64,000 nt of DNA from Candidatus Latescibacterota bacterium (GCA_965208835.1 OZ242358.1:1408001-1472000); one strand, 5' to 3'; positions 27,989-38,169 are shown, counted from the first letter of the stretch. Notes: generated by a model from the letters alone, not told the origin. Numbers and translations: made by a program.

Positions 27989-30900
27989 CTAGGGAACCGC
28001 GATTCTTCCCAGGTATTCACGGAGCTTGGGCGGAACGTGCTTCCGAATCAGACTCTTTTCCATCGCCCAGGCCGTTTCGGGGTCGAGCTTCTTCTCGAAA
28101 TGAACGGACTTTCCTTCGTAACGGCCGACGGGTTCCCCGTCGCGATAGAGGATTCTGTTCCCGGGAGTCGCAGGTATACGTTTGCCTGGGGTAACGACCC
28201 CGACCAGATTGACGGGATCGCAGGCGCTGACGGATACGAGTTCGCCCTGTTTCCTTTCCCGCTTCAATGACCGGATGACGGTAATTGCCTGGGGGAGCGC
28301 GTACTGTTCTCCCCATCTCTCCACGAATCGGCCTCCCCGAACCTCGCCGCGGTCTTCCATCCTCCTCAATACCCTTACCAGTTCACGCCAGGGCGGGATG
28401 CCACTCTCCCTCGCCAGTACCCGTCTGAACACAACCCCGTACCGTTTCAGCAGGATCCTGGCGCATTGTTCGATATCGGCCTGTTCTTCGTCTTCGGTTT
28501 CGATCAGGGACCACCGGCCTGCCTGTTCCATGCCGAAGACCGGCCCTCGATTCCGCCGGGACCGGACCTTGAATTTTTCCGGAATCAGAAGCGCACGTAA
28601 TCCGGCGAAACTGTCGCAGGTCAGCATTCCTGCAGCCACAAGTTCGGCGATGCCGCTCTCGATCTCGCTTTTGAGCATTTTGGAGCGGGAAAGGATATCG
28701 TGGTAAAACAGCGCGCCGCCAGTTTCCAGACATTCGAGTACTCTTTGCGCGGATGGGGTAAGGACCGGCGCGCAGGCGTCCGAAGGCCGAAACGGCCAGG
28801 CCGCGAAAGTTGTCCGGTTGACCAGGGTGATCGGCGTCGTGCGGATCGGTGTGTTTCCAGCCCTGACGCTCTGTGTCCTGAGATAACGGCCCCACATGGT
28901 TTTTCCGGACAGGCAGAAGCTGTCCAGCCAGATATGGTCGTAGTCCTTTATGCGCGAAGGCAGGACGTCGCTCTCCCACGCAATGGCGGGACACGAGAAT
29001 CCGTCAAGCTGATCCAGAACCTCATTGAGCGCCTCGGGACCTTCCTTCCGTGTACCCTCCGTCAGGCTGTGCCAGCGGAGCAGGAACCGCATATAGTCGG
29101 ACGAGGAAATGGGCTTGATCGCTCGCCGCAGCTTTTCGAGCGTATATCTGTGGATGCGCGCGAGCAGGCGCCGTTCGCACCATTCGGTTTCCGCATCGGA
29201 AGGCAGGTCCGGAGAGAAGTGGCCTCTGATCGCGAAGCCTTCGGATTCCAATGCGTAGAGCGCCTGGTCGACTCTGTTCCTGGAAAGGCTCATATCCGCT
29301 GCGATACCGGACGCGGTCGAGGGACCCAGCAGCTCGATTCTTCCTCTGATCACGTCAGTGAGGACCTGTTCCGGATCCTCCGACGGGAATTCGCGGAAGG
29401 AGTCCGGAACCGCCGTCTCGACGCTACCGACGGCCCCTGCGTAGAGGACCTCGAACTGGGGGACTCGTTCGACGGCAATCCAGAGTTTCGGACCGTCCTT
29501 CGGCTCGACGGGCGCCGCCTGGCCTGATTCGACCAGCGACGCCAGCAGCGGGCGCCATGTCCCTTCGCCGCTTTCCGTCACTTCCGTGTCGGTCAGGAAG
29601 CCATGCATCACCAGAACGTCGTACAACTCGTCGGCGTCCGTTACCGCGGGCCAGGCCTCCGCCTGCACTGCCTCAATCGCGCCCTTCTCGAGCTTGCCCA
29701 GCTTTCTGGCGTCTTCAGGTTCGAGCCGTCTGCGTGTTCTGACGGCCTGTACCCGACGCTCCTCCAGGGGCGCGTCATCCAGAAACGCATAGGGTCGCGC
29801 GTTGAGGATGCCTTCAGACATTGGAGAGGGTTCGCGCAGGTCGCGGGCAGACACGTCAATTTCACCGCTGTGAATCCGCTGGAGAAGACGTTCGAGGGCA
29901 TCAATGTCCATCGCCTCGTGGAGGCAGTCGTGAATGGTCTGGTACACAAGCGGATGGTCGGGCACCTCTCGGTCGCCAGGGATGTTTTCGAGGCAGGCGA
30001 GCTGATCTGGAAATACCAGAGCGAGCAGGTCTTCGGCATCGGATCGCTGAATCTGAGGCGGCACCCTCTCTCCGCCCCGTCGCCGGAGTACGGCCAGAGC
30101 GGTACAGGCGTTCCATCGCCATCGCGCCTGAAACATCGGCGCATCAAGCAGGGCCTGAACGAGAACCTCGCGAACCGTCCGGTCGTTAAGGTAATCAACC
30201 ACTTCTTTGAGAGGAAAACTGTGCGTTGGACCCAGGGAAAGTACAAGGCTCTCTTCGTTGGCAGCCGCCTGGAGTTCGAAGTTGAACTTGCGGCAGAACC
30301 GTTTTCGCAAAGCGAGTCCCCACGCTCGGTTCAACCGGCTTCCGAAGACTGAATGAATGACAAGGTGCTGGTCTCCCACTTCGTCAAAGAATCGTTCGAG
30401 GACAATGTGGCTCCGGGATGGGACCAGGTCCAGAGATGCTTTCGTGGCAGCCAGGTAGTCCACCACCTGATCGGCTGCTGCTGCGCTCGTGCCGACGTCG
30501 TCCGTCAGCCACGTGACGGCGTCCCGCTTCCATTCTACCGACCCGTTGCCATCGAGTTCGTCCAGGTTAATCCGCCTGGACACTTCCTCGCGGACGCGGG
30601 AGACCGCTGTTGACAGCTCCGCGGACCGGCCCGGGGCTTCTCCGATCCAGAACGGCATCGTCGGCGGCAATCCGTCGGCATCCTCGACCCGCACCTTTCC
30701 GGTTTCCACTTTGAGGATCCGCCACGACGCGGTGCCCAGCTGGAAGATGTCTCCCGGCAGGCTCTCGACGGCGAAATCCTCGTGGACGGAGCCGATCTGG
30801 ACGCCCGACGGTTCGAGGCGCACGTCGTAGTCGAATTGGTCGGGAATGGTCCCTCCGGAGACGGTCGCGTTGAGACGCGCGCCCTTCCGGGCCTTCAACG

Positions 30901-32320
30901 TGCGCGTAACCGGGTTGAAGTGCAGGTAGGACCGCCGCGTGCCACGCCGGAATGTAAATCCTTCGACCAGCATCTGTATGACGCCGTTGAACTCTTCTCT
31001 TCTCAAATCCTTATAGATAAACGACTTGCGGACGACGTCGTAGAGCGCGTCCGCCGTGACTTCGTCGCAGGCGACTTCCGCCACGATCTGCTGGGCAAGC
31101 ACGTCCAGCGGTTTTTCCGGAAAGGGAAGGGTGTCCAGTTCGCCGCGGCGGACGCTGTCGAGCAGCGCCACCGCTTCCACGAGTTCGTCTTTGGTGAGCG
31201 GAAACAGCTTCCCTCTCGGTGTACCTTCGAGCGTGTGACCGGACCGGCCCACGCGCTGAAGCAGCGCGGCGATGGACTTGGGAGAACCGATCTGTATTAC
31301 CAGGTCGATGGATCCCACGTCGATGCCCAGTTCCAGAGATCCCGTGGCTACCAGCGCCCTGAGGGCCCCCGCTTTCAGCCTTGTCTCCGCCTCCTGGCGT
31401 TTCTCGCGTGACATGCTCCCGTGGTGCGCCGAGACGACTTCGGGGCCCAGGCGCTCGGACAGATGATGCGACAGGCGTTCGGTCATCGCGCGCGTAGGTA
31501 CGAAGATCAGGGTGGTCTGGTGTTCGTTGACGGCGTGTTCGAGCGACTGATGGATCTCTTCCCAGACTTCGTTGGCCATGACTGCCGTGAGCGGAGACTC
31601 GGGCAGTTCGATCCGGAGTTCCAGTTCGCGTCGGTGCCCGATATTCAGAATCTCGCAGGATTCCGCGCCTCCGGTGAGAAAATGCGCCATCCGATCGATG
31701 GGTTTCTGTGTGGCGGAGATGCCGATCCGGTGCAGCGGGCTCCGGGTCAGCCGCGCAAGCCGTTCCATGGAAATCGACAGGTGGGCGCCGCGTTTGTTTC
31801 CGGCAACCGCGTGGATTTCATCCACGATCAGGGTGCCGGCGTTGCTCAGCATTTCCCTGCCGCCGTTGCTCGTGAGGAGAAGGTAGAGGGATTCCGGCGT
31901 GGTCACCAGGATGTGAGGGGGCGTCCTGACCATCTTTGTTCGCTCGGTGCCCGGCGTGTCGCCCGTTCGGACCATCGCGCGTATGTCCGCATCGGGGCAG
32001 CCGTTTTCTTTCAGAAGCGCCTTGATGCCCTTGAGCGGAAGCTGCAGATTGCGATGGATATCGTTGCTCAGCGCCTTCAGTGGCGATACGTAGACGACCT
32101 GGGTCCGGTCCTCCAGGGTACCGTTGAGACGCCGCTCGAACAGGTCGTTCAGGACCGCCAGAAACGCGGCGAGCGTTTTCCCGGATCCGGTGGGCGCTGA
32201 CAGGAGCACGTTCCGCCTGTTCGCGATTTCAGGCCAGGCCAGAGACTGAATATGGGACGGGCCGCTGAAATTCTGATCAAACCACTGCCGGACAACGGGA
32301 TGGAAGGCATCCAGAGGCAT
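27989..32320 (-). CDS. lhr: Lhr-family ATP-dependent helicase with C-terminal winged-helix/glycosylase-like domain
   Basis: APTGSGKT, SPLKALSND, TTPESL, DEIH, SAT, HHGS, LELGID, QRVGRSGH, RGGRFV; 1443 aa. Confidence 0.93.
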   Translation of the reverse strand: MPLDAFHPVVRQWFDQNFSGPSHIQSLAWPEIANRRNVLLSAPTGSGKTLAAFLAVLNDLFERRLNGTLEDRTQVVYVSPLKALSNDIHRNLQLPLKGIKALLKENGCPDADIRAMVRTGDTPGTERTKMVRTPPHILVTTPESLYLLLTSNGGREMLSNAGTLIVDEIHAVAGNKRGAHLSISMERLARLTRSPLHRIGISATQKPIDRMAHFLTGGAESCEILNIGHRRELELRIELPESPLTAVMANEVWEEIHQSLEHAVNEHQTTLIFVPTRAMTERLSHHLSERLGPEVVSAHHGSMSREKRQEAETRLKAGALRALVATGSLELGIDVGSIDLVIQIGSPKSIAALLQRVGRSGHTLEGTPRGKLFPLTKDELVEAVALLDSVRRGELDTLPFPEKPLDVLAQQIVAEVACDEVTADALYDVVRKSFIYKDLRREEFNGVIQMLVEGFTFRRGTRRSYLHFNPVTRTLKARKGARLNATVSGGTIPDQFDYDVRLEPSGVQIGSVHEDFAVESLPGDIFQLGTASWRILKVETGKVRVEDADGLPPTMPFWIGEAPGRSAELSTAVSRVREEVSRRINLDELDGNGSVEWKRDAVTWLTDDVGTSAAAADQVVDYLAATKASLDLVPSRSHIVLERFFDEVGDQHLVIHSVFGSRLNRAWGLALRKRFCRKFNFELQAAANEESLVLSLGPTHSFPLKEVVDYLNDRTVREVLVQALLDAPMFQARWRWNACTALAVLRRRGGERVPPQIQRSDAEDLLALVFPDQLACLENIPGDREVPDHPLVYQTIHDCLHEAMDIDALERLLQRIHSGEIDVSARDLREPSPMSEGILNARPYAFLDDAPLEERRVQAVRTRRRLEPEDARKLGKLEKGAIEAVQAEAWPAVTDADELYDVLVMHGFLTDTEVTESGEGTWRPLLASLVESGQAAPVEPKDGPKLWIAVERVPQFEVLYAGAVGSVETAVPDSFREFPSEDPEQVLTDVIRGRIELLGPSTASGIAADMSLSRNRVDQALYALESEGFAIRGHFSPDLPSDAETEWCERRLLARIHRYTLEKLRRAIKPISSSDYMRFLLRWHSLTEGTRKEGPEALNEVLDQLDGFSCPAIAWESDVLPSRIKDYDHIWLDSFCLSGKTMWGRYLRTQSVRAGNTPIRTTPITLVNRTTFAAWPFRPSDACAPVLTPSAQRVLECLETGGALFYHDILSRSKMLKSEIESGIAELVAAGMLTCDSFAGLRALLIPEKFKVRSRRNRGPVFGMEQAGRWSLIETEDEEQADIEQCARILLKRYGVVFRRVLARESGIPPWRELVRVLRRMEDRGEVRGGRFVERWGEQYALPQAITVIRSLKRERKQGELVSVSACDPVNLVGVVTPGKRIPATPGNRILYRDGEPVGRYEGKSVHFEKKLDPETAWAMEKSLIRKHVPPKLREYLGRIAVP

Positions 32321-32395
32321 GAGGTTTCCTCATACGGTGTCTGTAGAAGCGGGTGTCAGCCGGGTTTGGCTGCCGCCTACCCATTTCCGTACCCG

Positions 32396-32424
32396 AATAT
32401 AATGATCAGCCACGTCAAATGCAA
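32396..32424 (-). promoter_or_regulatory. Possible sigma70 promoter of lhr
   Basis: TTGCAT-17 nt-TATATT. Confidence 0.45.
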
Positions 32425-32485
32425 GGTGCCGGAATCAGAATTCGAATTTTTCGCGTGGACGATATACGGACCATTCATCATTCTC

Positions 32486-33208
32486 TCAAGGCGGTCTGAA
32501 TTCGTCCCAGCGGGTGATCGAATCCACCCATTCTTCCCGTACCGCCATCGGACGATCGAGCGAACGATCGAAGTATATCGCGCTCATGCCCAGCGACCTC
32601 GGCCCCAGGACGTCGTTGCGAAGATTGTCTCCGATGTACAGGACGTCGCCGGCCCGGTCGTCCGTGAGACTGGCCTGACGAAGCGCCTCGCGATAGATTT
32701 CGGCGCCGGGTTTCCTGAATCCAATCGCCGCGCTGTCGATGACGAACTCGAAATGCTGCAGCAGTCCGTGGTCCGCCAGCAGCTGCTCCGGCCATCCGGG
32801 CAGGTAGAAATTCGAGACGACGCCCATTCGAACTCTGCCACGCCACGCCGCCAGCATCGCCTCGACCCCGGGCGTTGGCCGGACCTGCTTCGGATAAGAC
32901 CTCTCGAATTCTTCGATCATCTTCCGTACGAGCCGATGAACGGGCTTTCCTCCGGTCTCCCCCGTAGCCGCGAGTACATCCGTCAGGCGGTCCGTTAACA
33001 ACACCTCCCTCGAGCCGCTGCTGGCCAGCCGGTTTTTCCGCCAGCGCGAATACGCATTCACGAAGTCGCGCGTTGTGGCGAAGTATCCTTCCCGGACCGG
33101 TAGATCCAGAATGGAGCTCAAACCGGACTCGTCTCCGGTTTCATCGAAGTCGTCCAGGAGCGTGTTAAAGCAATCGAAAAAGATCCACCTGGGTGGGTGT
33201 TCGGGCAT
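32486..33208 (-). CDS. HAD-superfamily hydrolase
   Basis: FFDCFNTL, VVSN, KP and IGDNLRNDV motifs. Confidence 0.88.
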   Translation of the reverse strand: MPEHPPRWIFFDCFNTLLDDFDETGDESGLSSILDLPVREGYFATTRDFVNAYSRWRKNRLASSGSREVLLTDRLTDVLAATGETGGKPVHRLVRKMIEEFERSYPKQVRPTPGVEAMLAAWRGRVRMGVVSNFYLPGWPEQLLADHGLLQHFEFVIDSAAIGFRKPGAEIYREALRQASLTDDRAGDVLYIGDNLRNDVLGPRSLGMSAIYFDRSLDRPMAVREEWVDSITRWDEFRPP

Positions 33209-33235
33209 GGAGTCGACGAAGGTATTGGCAGGGTG

Positions 33236-33988
33236 TCAGTCACCTCGTCCGGAATTCTCGAGCGTCCAATTCAGGACGGTGTCCAGACCGGCGAGATGCG
33301 CGGCCGTTCGCTGCGCCATCGGCCATTCCGTTGGCGTCTCGAAGATGAGTACGTGGTCGGCATGGTGGTGGAATACGTAAGGGACGATCCCGCCGGTGCC
33401 CCAGGACGGGGCGACTCTGTAGACGCCCCGGGAGATGGGGATGTCGTTCTCATCGTCCTCTCCGTCCGGATCGATGGCGCCGATCCCTTCGACCTCCCGG
33501 ACGATATGCGAACCGGCCCAGTCTTCACCGCGCCGGCCCTCGTACATGTAGAATCCTGTGGCCTCCCAGTCCTCGTGAAAATCCACGTACAGGTCGAACC
33601 GCTTTCCTTTCAATATCCGTCTGGCAATCTCGCCCTCCGGAACGTGGGACTCCGAGAACGAGCGGTTGATATCATCACCGTCCCGGTTTTCCCTCCTGTT
33701 GTGGACGTATCCCCATGGATTGACGCAGGGCAGAACGAGAAACGTAAAGGACCGGAGCAGGTCGGCCGGATTCCGCTCGAGAAAGGCGAGGACCGCTTCC
33801 GGTCCGGCCGGTTCGTCGCCATGGACGCCGCCTGAAAGAAGCACACGTTTCCTGCCGCCCGGGGTGCCGCCCAACTGGATACAATAGATGGGATAACCGT
33901 CCACCAATCCGGCCGTCTCCATCTCCATATCCGCCAGGTCCAGTGCCTCCAGCCGCCGGGTCAATCTGTCGAAGTCGTGTCCGGCCAT
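33236..33988 (-). CDS. M14-family metallopeptidase (succinylglutamate desuccinylase/aspartoacylase-like)
   Basis: GVHGDEPAG, NPWG, DINRSF, DFHED; start taken as ATG 33988 after GGAG. Confidence 0.87.
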   Translation of the reverse strand: MAGHDFDRLTRRLEALDLADMEMETAGLVDGYPIYCIQLGGTPGGRKRVLLSGGVHGDEPAGPEAVLAFLERNPADLLRSFTFLVLPCVNPWGYVHNRRENRDGDDINRSFSESHVPEGEIARRILKGKRFDLYVDFHEDWEATGFYMYEGRRGEDWAGSHIVREVEGIGAIDPDGEDDENDIPISRGVYRVAPSWGTGGIVPYVFHHHADHVLIFETPTEWPMAQRTAAHLAGLDTVLNWTLENSGRGD

Positions 33989-34081
33989 CTCTCCAACTTC
34001 CGTGTTTGCTTGCGCGGCTTCGCTATGCTCAGCCGCGACCAAATAGGTGGAAATGAACGGGCGAGTACATTTGATGGTTCA

Positions 34082-34187
34082 ATCACTCCCCCCTTGAGGG
34101 GGAGTCGCAGAAGCCGAGCCGGTCCCCTGATCCCTGTCCTGAGCTTGTCGAAGGGGCCGGCGACGGCTGATGCGGAGGGGGGATTTC
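34082..34187 (-). repeat. Dispersed palindromic repeat family C, copy 2
   Basis: Inverted copy of 19264-19389; internal CCCTTCGACAAGCTCAGGACAG REP-like module. Confidence 0.85.
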
Positions 34188-34267
34188 AATGCGTTACCGG
34201 ACACCGGCAGCCTGATTTGAGATCTTCCCATTTTGCGTTGGAGTCTTACAAGTAAGGTCTAAAATGT

Positions 34268-36583
34268 TCAGATAAGTGTCCGATATCGATCCAATGCCCT
34301 TTGTTTTATCGTCCCAATGAGATGCTTCGACACCATCTTAAAGGCACTATCCAGTCCCCAGGCATATCGAGTGTCCACAATTGCTTCACCGGATGGTTCA
34401 ATCTCCCGACGAATTGGCATCTTAATACAATTGGCAAGCTCGACCAATTCATGAATTCCGTCTCTGTCGGAGATAAGGATCGGCGCGCAACATTCGATGG
34501 TTCTGCCCAGCATCAGCGTCGCTAACCGCGACGAATCCGAAGGAAGCTCTTCCCACACATTCCAGATGATCGGTTTGCAATTTGCCTGTTTAGCTCGATC
34601 TATAATATGAAAACACTCAGCTGCATTTAAAATACGATCCTTTGCCACAATCCCGACGTAAACTGATCCATGAGTTGTTTCCAGAGCACGTCCTGGTGCA
34701 TCCACAGCAACCCATCCTGACCGACTACGGACTGCAGGATGTTCGTCGAACAAACCCACACGGATAGGCTGTCTTGCATTCGTATTTGGGGGTTTCTTCG
34801 GTTTTGGTCTCGACAGGTTATCGGCTTTCGGAACACGTTCCCAATCCAATTCTCCTTCAAGCTGTCCCATATCGAGGTCGACTACGTAGACATTCCCCGG
34901 CTCGGAACATTGCGACAACGGCTGCGAGTCATTAGTACCGGCTCGCCGCGCTGTGAGTTCATTACCATCGGGTGAAAAACCAAATGGATGAGTCCCGGAC
35001 TGCTTCTGCATACTGTCGTGAAGCGTACAGAGGGAGAATACGCGATTTTCTACCGCCCTCAGGCGAAGGATTGATGACCATTTGATGTCAATGACATTGT
35101 CGTAGCTCGGATTTATCCATATACGGGCGCCACTTTGTGCGAGAAAGCGAGGCAACAGACCCAAATATTGGTCGTGGCAAATCGTGGCGCCAGCCCTCAC
35201 ACCGCTCAAGTCGAAGGTTGGTAGCGCATTTTCCGGTTGCCAATCAAGCCGCTCAAATGCGACGGCCTCTTCTGTGGAATGTTTCGTGTAAAATCGTGAA
35301 GCTGTTCCGTCTGGGTCTATGCGAACAAGCACCTGCCAGGTGCGGCCAGTAGAGTCGACATTATTATCGGCTGCGCCGACCAGCAATGGCGCAGCCAGGG
35401 CCACGGCGAGTTTCTTCAGTTGGTTGATACGTTTGGAATCGGTCGCGCTAATATATCCTTCCGGAAAGAGAACAAAGTCTACGTTCTCGCCAGCGAAGGA
35501 CGCGTGGGTGGGTATGACGGGTTTCTGGGCATTGTCTCCGAGAGGTACGATTCCGAGTAGCGTCTTATGGTCTACCTGAGGAAACACGAGCGCCGCTCGC
35601 AGTACAGAAGTCTTTCCAGCAGCGGATTTATGCCTTTTGATCGTCGTTTGGCTTGTTCTTAGGGGCTTCCGCGTTGAACTGCGATTGCCGATAGAATCGG
35701 AGAATCGCTGCCGGTCGATTGTGCTGTCCGGGTCGAGCGAGCACCAGACTATATCGCGGGAGTGCAGTCTGACTGTTGGCTGAAGTCCCTTTGTCGACGG
35801 TAAGAGATCGCGTAGCGCGTCATACCAGGCACGCTGTTCGTCGCGGAATGGGGGATCATTGTCCTTCGCATCGTGTTGCTCACAGTGGGAGATCCATTGC
35901 TTTCCGGAAAAACCCAGTGCCAGGTCGTCCGGGTACGCGTGGAGGGTCAGCTTTCGAGGCATCGTAAAGTGTTGTCGTTCATCAAATTCCAGGATGAAGC
36001 CGGGGTCCGGTACCCAAAAGTCGCAAGCGGCCAGAGTTTCGGATCTCACGAAATCATCCATGGCAAAGCCACGGTATTTCTTTAGAATTGCTGCGAGTTC
36101 CCGCAGTGTCGAGTAGATCGGTGTTCCGGCGTATGAGGAGAGATGAGTTGGCCAGACAAACTTATAGTCCGCGACGCATTCTCCATAGATTCGTTCTAGA
36201 AGCTCGCGAACGCGGACCTTACAGTCAGGACAATGCTCGTAGTGATGTTCATGCTGAATCACGGTCTTCTTCTTCTTGGGTCGACCAGCATGAAACGTGG
36301 ATGGCGAGTGGCGATATTTACCTCCGCAATCGCACTCGACAATTTTGAAGCCACGTTTCCTCAGAAAGCCATTGGACTCACCGCCGCCAGAGAATTCGTA
36401 CGAAGGAAGAAGCCGATCCGTTGCTATCTTGTGAGCCAATGCGACCGTGTACTTGGGTGGGTAATGACAGCCGTCCTTAACCAGGCAGTAATGCCGCCCC
36501 TTCCTGCGCGGCGGAACACCCTCAAGCCTGATGCGACAAATTGCTTTGTGCAGGTGCTCGCTTTTGATGCAAGACGGTATCAC
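34268..36583 (-). CDS. Multidomain protein: ScoMcrA-head-like domain + PD-(D/E)xK/Vsr-like nuclease domain + carbon-nitrogen hydrolase (nitrilase) domain
   Basis: YPPKY..A..EFSGG.E.N..L...GF (N-terminus); CDFWVP..ILEFDERQHF..RDEQRAWYD (middle); FPEGY/YTKH/ICHD E-K-C triad and RAVEN (C-half). Confidence 0.75.
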   Translation of the reverse strand: MIPSCIKSEHLHKAICRIRLEGVPPRRKGRHYCLVKDGCHYPPKYTVALAHKIATDRLLPSYEFSGGGESNGFLRKRGFKIVECDCGGKYRHSPSTFHAGRPKKKKTVIQHEHHYEHCPDCKVRVRELLERIYGECVADYKFVWPTHLSSYAGTPIYSTLRELAAILKKYRGFAMDDFVRSETLAACDFWVPDPGFILEFDERQHFTMPRKLTLHAYPDDLALGFSGKQWISHCEQHDAKDNDPPFRDEQRAWYDALRDLLPSTKGLQPTVRLHSRDIVWCSLDPDSTIDRQRFSDSIGNRSSTRKPLRTSQTTIKRHKSAAGKTSVLRAALVFPQVDHKTLLGIVPLGDNAQKPVIPTHASFAGENVDFVLFPEGYISATDSKRINQLKKLAVALAAPLLVGAADNNVDSTGRTWQVLVRIDPDGTASRFYTKHSTEEAVAFERLDWQPENALPTFDLSGVRAGATICHDQYLGLLPRFLAQSGARIWINPSYDNVIDIKWSSILRLRAVENRVFSLCTLHDSMQKQSGTHPFGFSPDGNELTARRAGTNDSQPLSQCSEPGNVYVVDLDMGQLEGELDWERVPKADNLSRPKPKKPPNTNARQPIRVGLFDEHPAVRSRSGWVAVDAPGRALETTHGSVYVGIVAKDRILNAAECFHIIDRAKQANCKPIIWNVWEELPSDSSRLATLMLGRTIECCAPILISDRDGIHELVELANCIKMPIRREIEPSGEAIVDTRYAWGLDSAFKMVSKHLIGTIKQRALDRYRTLI

Positions 36584-36723
36584 CGTTTTTCTCTCCCGAA
36601 TAATTCATGGAAAAACGAAGCTTTCATACTCAAGTCATTGTATTATATTATAGTTACGCAATTTTCATGTGAAAGATACAGTCGCATTGGCCGTGACGCA
36701 AACATCCAACGAACCCTTCACAG

Positions 36724-36867
36724 GGTGGAGCGGACATTCCTGTCTGCTCACGTACATATAACCGATTGCCCGGACGCAGTGGCAAGTCGCAAGCCTGCCA
36801 TGGTCGCTCTATGGCGCCTTCCGGCAGATGGACAGCGAGACGGGCAGACAGGAATGTCCGCTCCACC
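36724..36867. repeat. REPIN-like inverted pair of REP palindromes
   Basis: GGTGGAGCGGACATTCCTGTCTGC at 36724 and its exact reverse complement ending at 36867. Confidence 0.85.
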
Positions 36868-36973
36868 TTCAGACACACTTTCCTATCGGCTGGACTGACC
36901 AATTGGTCAGCCGTCTCTGGCCTCGGAGAACGGAGGCATGTCATGTGCTTCGTTGTAAACCTCCACTTACGTA

Positions 36974-37792
36974 TCACGATTCTTGAGTCGCGTATCGTAT
37001 CGCGTGGTGGTCGTAATCGCTCGTGATGGGCACGGGTTTCCCTTCCAGAAACGCCCATCTCCCCACGTCGCACGCGGATGCGCGGACGAATCCGTTGATG
37101 TAGGATCGCCGGGGATTATGTGTCGTATTGGGCGACGAGCCGTGGATCGTGTATGACGTGAACATAAGCACGTCGCCCGGTTTGGCCTCGCAGGGAACGG
37201 CAGCGGAGACGTCAACCTGCGCTTCAACGCTTCCCTTCGCGTACCGTTTCACTCTCAAGTCGCCCAGTTTGTGGCTCGCGGGAACGACGTGCAGACACCC
37301 GTTGGCGACGTTCGACTCGTCTACCACAACGATGGTCTGTACGTAATTGTTGACTTGATCGCGAAACGCGGGTGTGGGGCGTACGTCCTGGTGCCACGGA
37401 AACTCGATCTTCCCGCCCGGCATCTTGAAGTTGATCTGGTTGATATACTGCTTCAACGTCGTCCCGATCAGCGGCGCCAGGAGTGCCGGGAATCTGGGAC
37501 TGTTTCGGATTTCTTCGAACGCCGGATGGATCAGCGCGGGCCACTGGACTTTGCGTAGATATCGAACCGCGTCGGGTCCGGCCATCGGCCCTGGAGTCTG
37601 CAGGTGAATATGTACGTCATTCCGCCTGCCATTGAGGACTTCCTCCGGCAGATCCGTCCGCGAAGCCAGCTCCAGGATATAGTCGTAACCTTCGCGCAAA
37701 CGCACGATTTCGTCCCGCCCGAATACCCCGCGCGCCACGTGGTATCCCTGTTCCCTGAAGGCTTCGACGTCTTTCTGGCTGAGCGTCTTCAT
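36974..37792 (-). CDS. Phytanoyl-CoA dioxygenase (PhyH)-family Fe(II)/2OG oxygenase
   Basis: FREQGY, NFK, PWHQD, NGCL.VVP.SH, HGSSPN..R; start ATG 37792. Confidence 0.9.
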   Translation of the reverse strand: MKTLSQKDVEAFREQGYHVARGVFGRDEIVRLREGYDYILELASRTDLPEEVLNGRRNDVHIHLQTPGPMAGPDAVRYLRKVQWPALIHPAFEEIRNSPRFPALLAPLIGTTLKQYINQINFKMPGGKIEFPWHQDVRPTPAFRDQVNNYVQTIVVVDESNVANGCLHVVPASHKLGDLRVKRYAKGSVEAQVDVSAAVPCEAKPGDVLMFTSYTIHGSSPNTTHNPRRSYINGFVRASACDVGRWAFLEGKPVPITSDYDHHAIRYATQES

Positions 37793-38169
37793 AGCGTTTC
37801 GTCTTTTGCGCTCCGAGCTACATCTTCGCACGAATTTATGCCGTCATCTCTCGGATCTGTTCGTCGGTCGGATATGCTGTCCGTACGTCGTCGAAGCAGT
37901 TGCCACGGAAAAACACGTACCCGTTTCGTGTAGAAGCTTCGCTGCAAGGTGTAACCTTGATTCACAATTCTTCGGGGATCTGAATGTCAAATGTATACAG
38001 AAGAACAAATGCGAATTGACGTCAAAGGTCCCGGATATTTGTGGTCACTGGACGTGAAGGGAAGTTTTATCCATTTGTACGACCTCAATACCCCGTTTTC
38101 GCACCGTCACCTTCTGTGCCTTTTGTGCTTGTTGTGGTAGATTAGCGGTTGTCTTTTTTCGAATTATGG

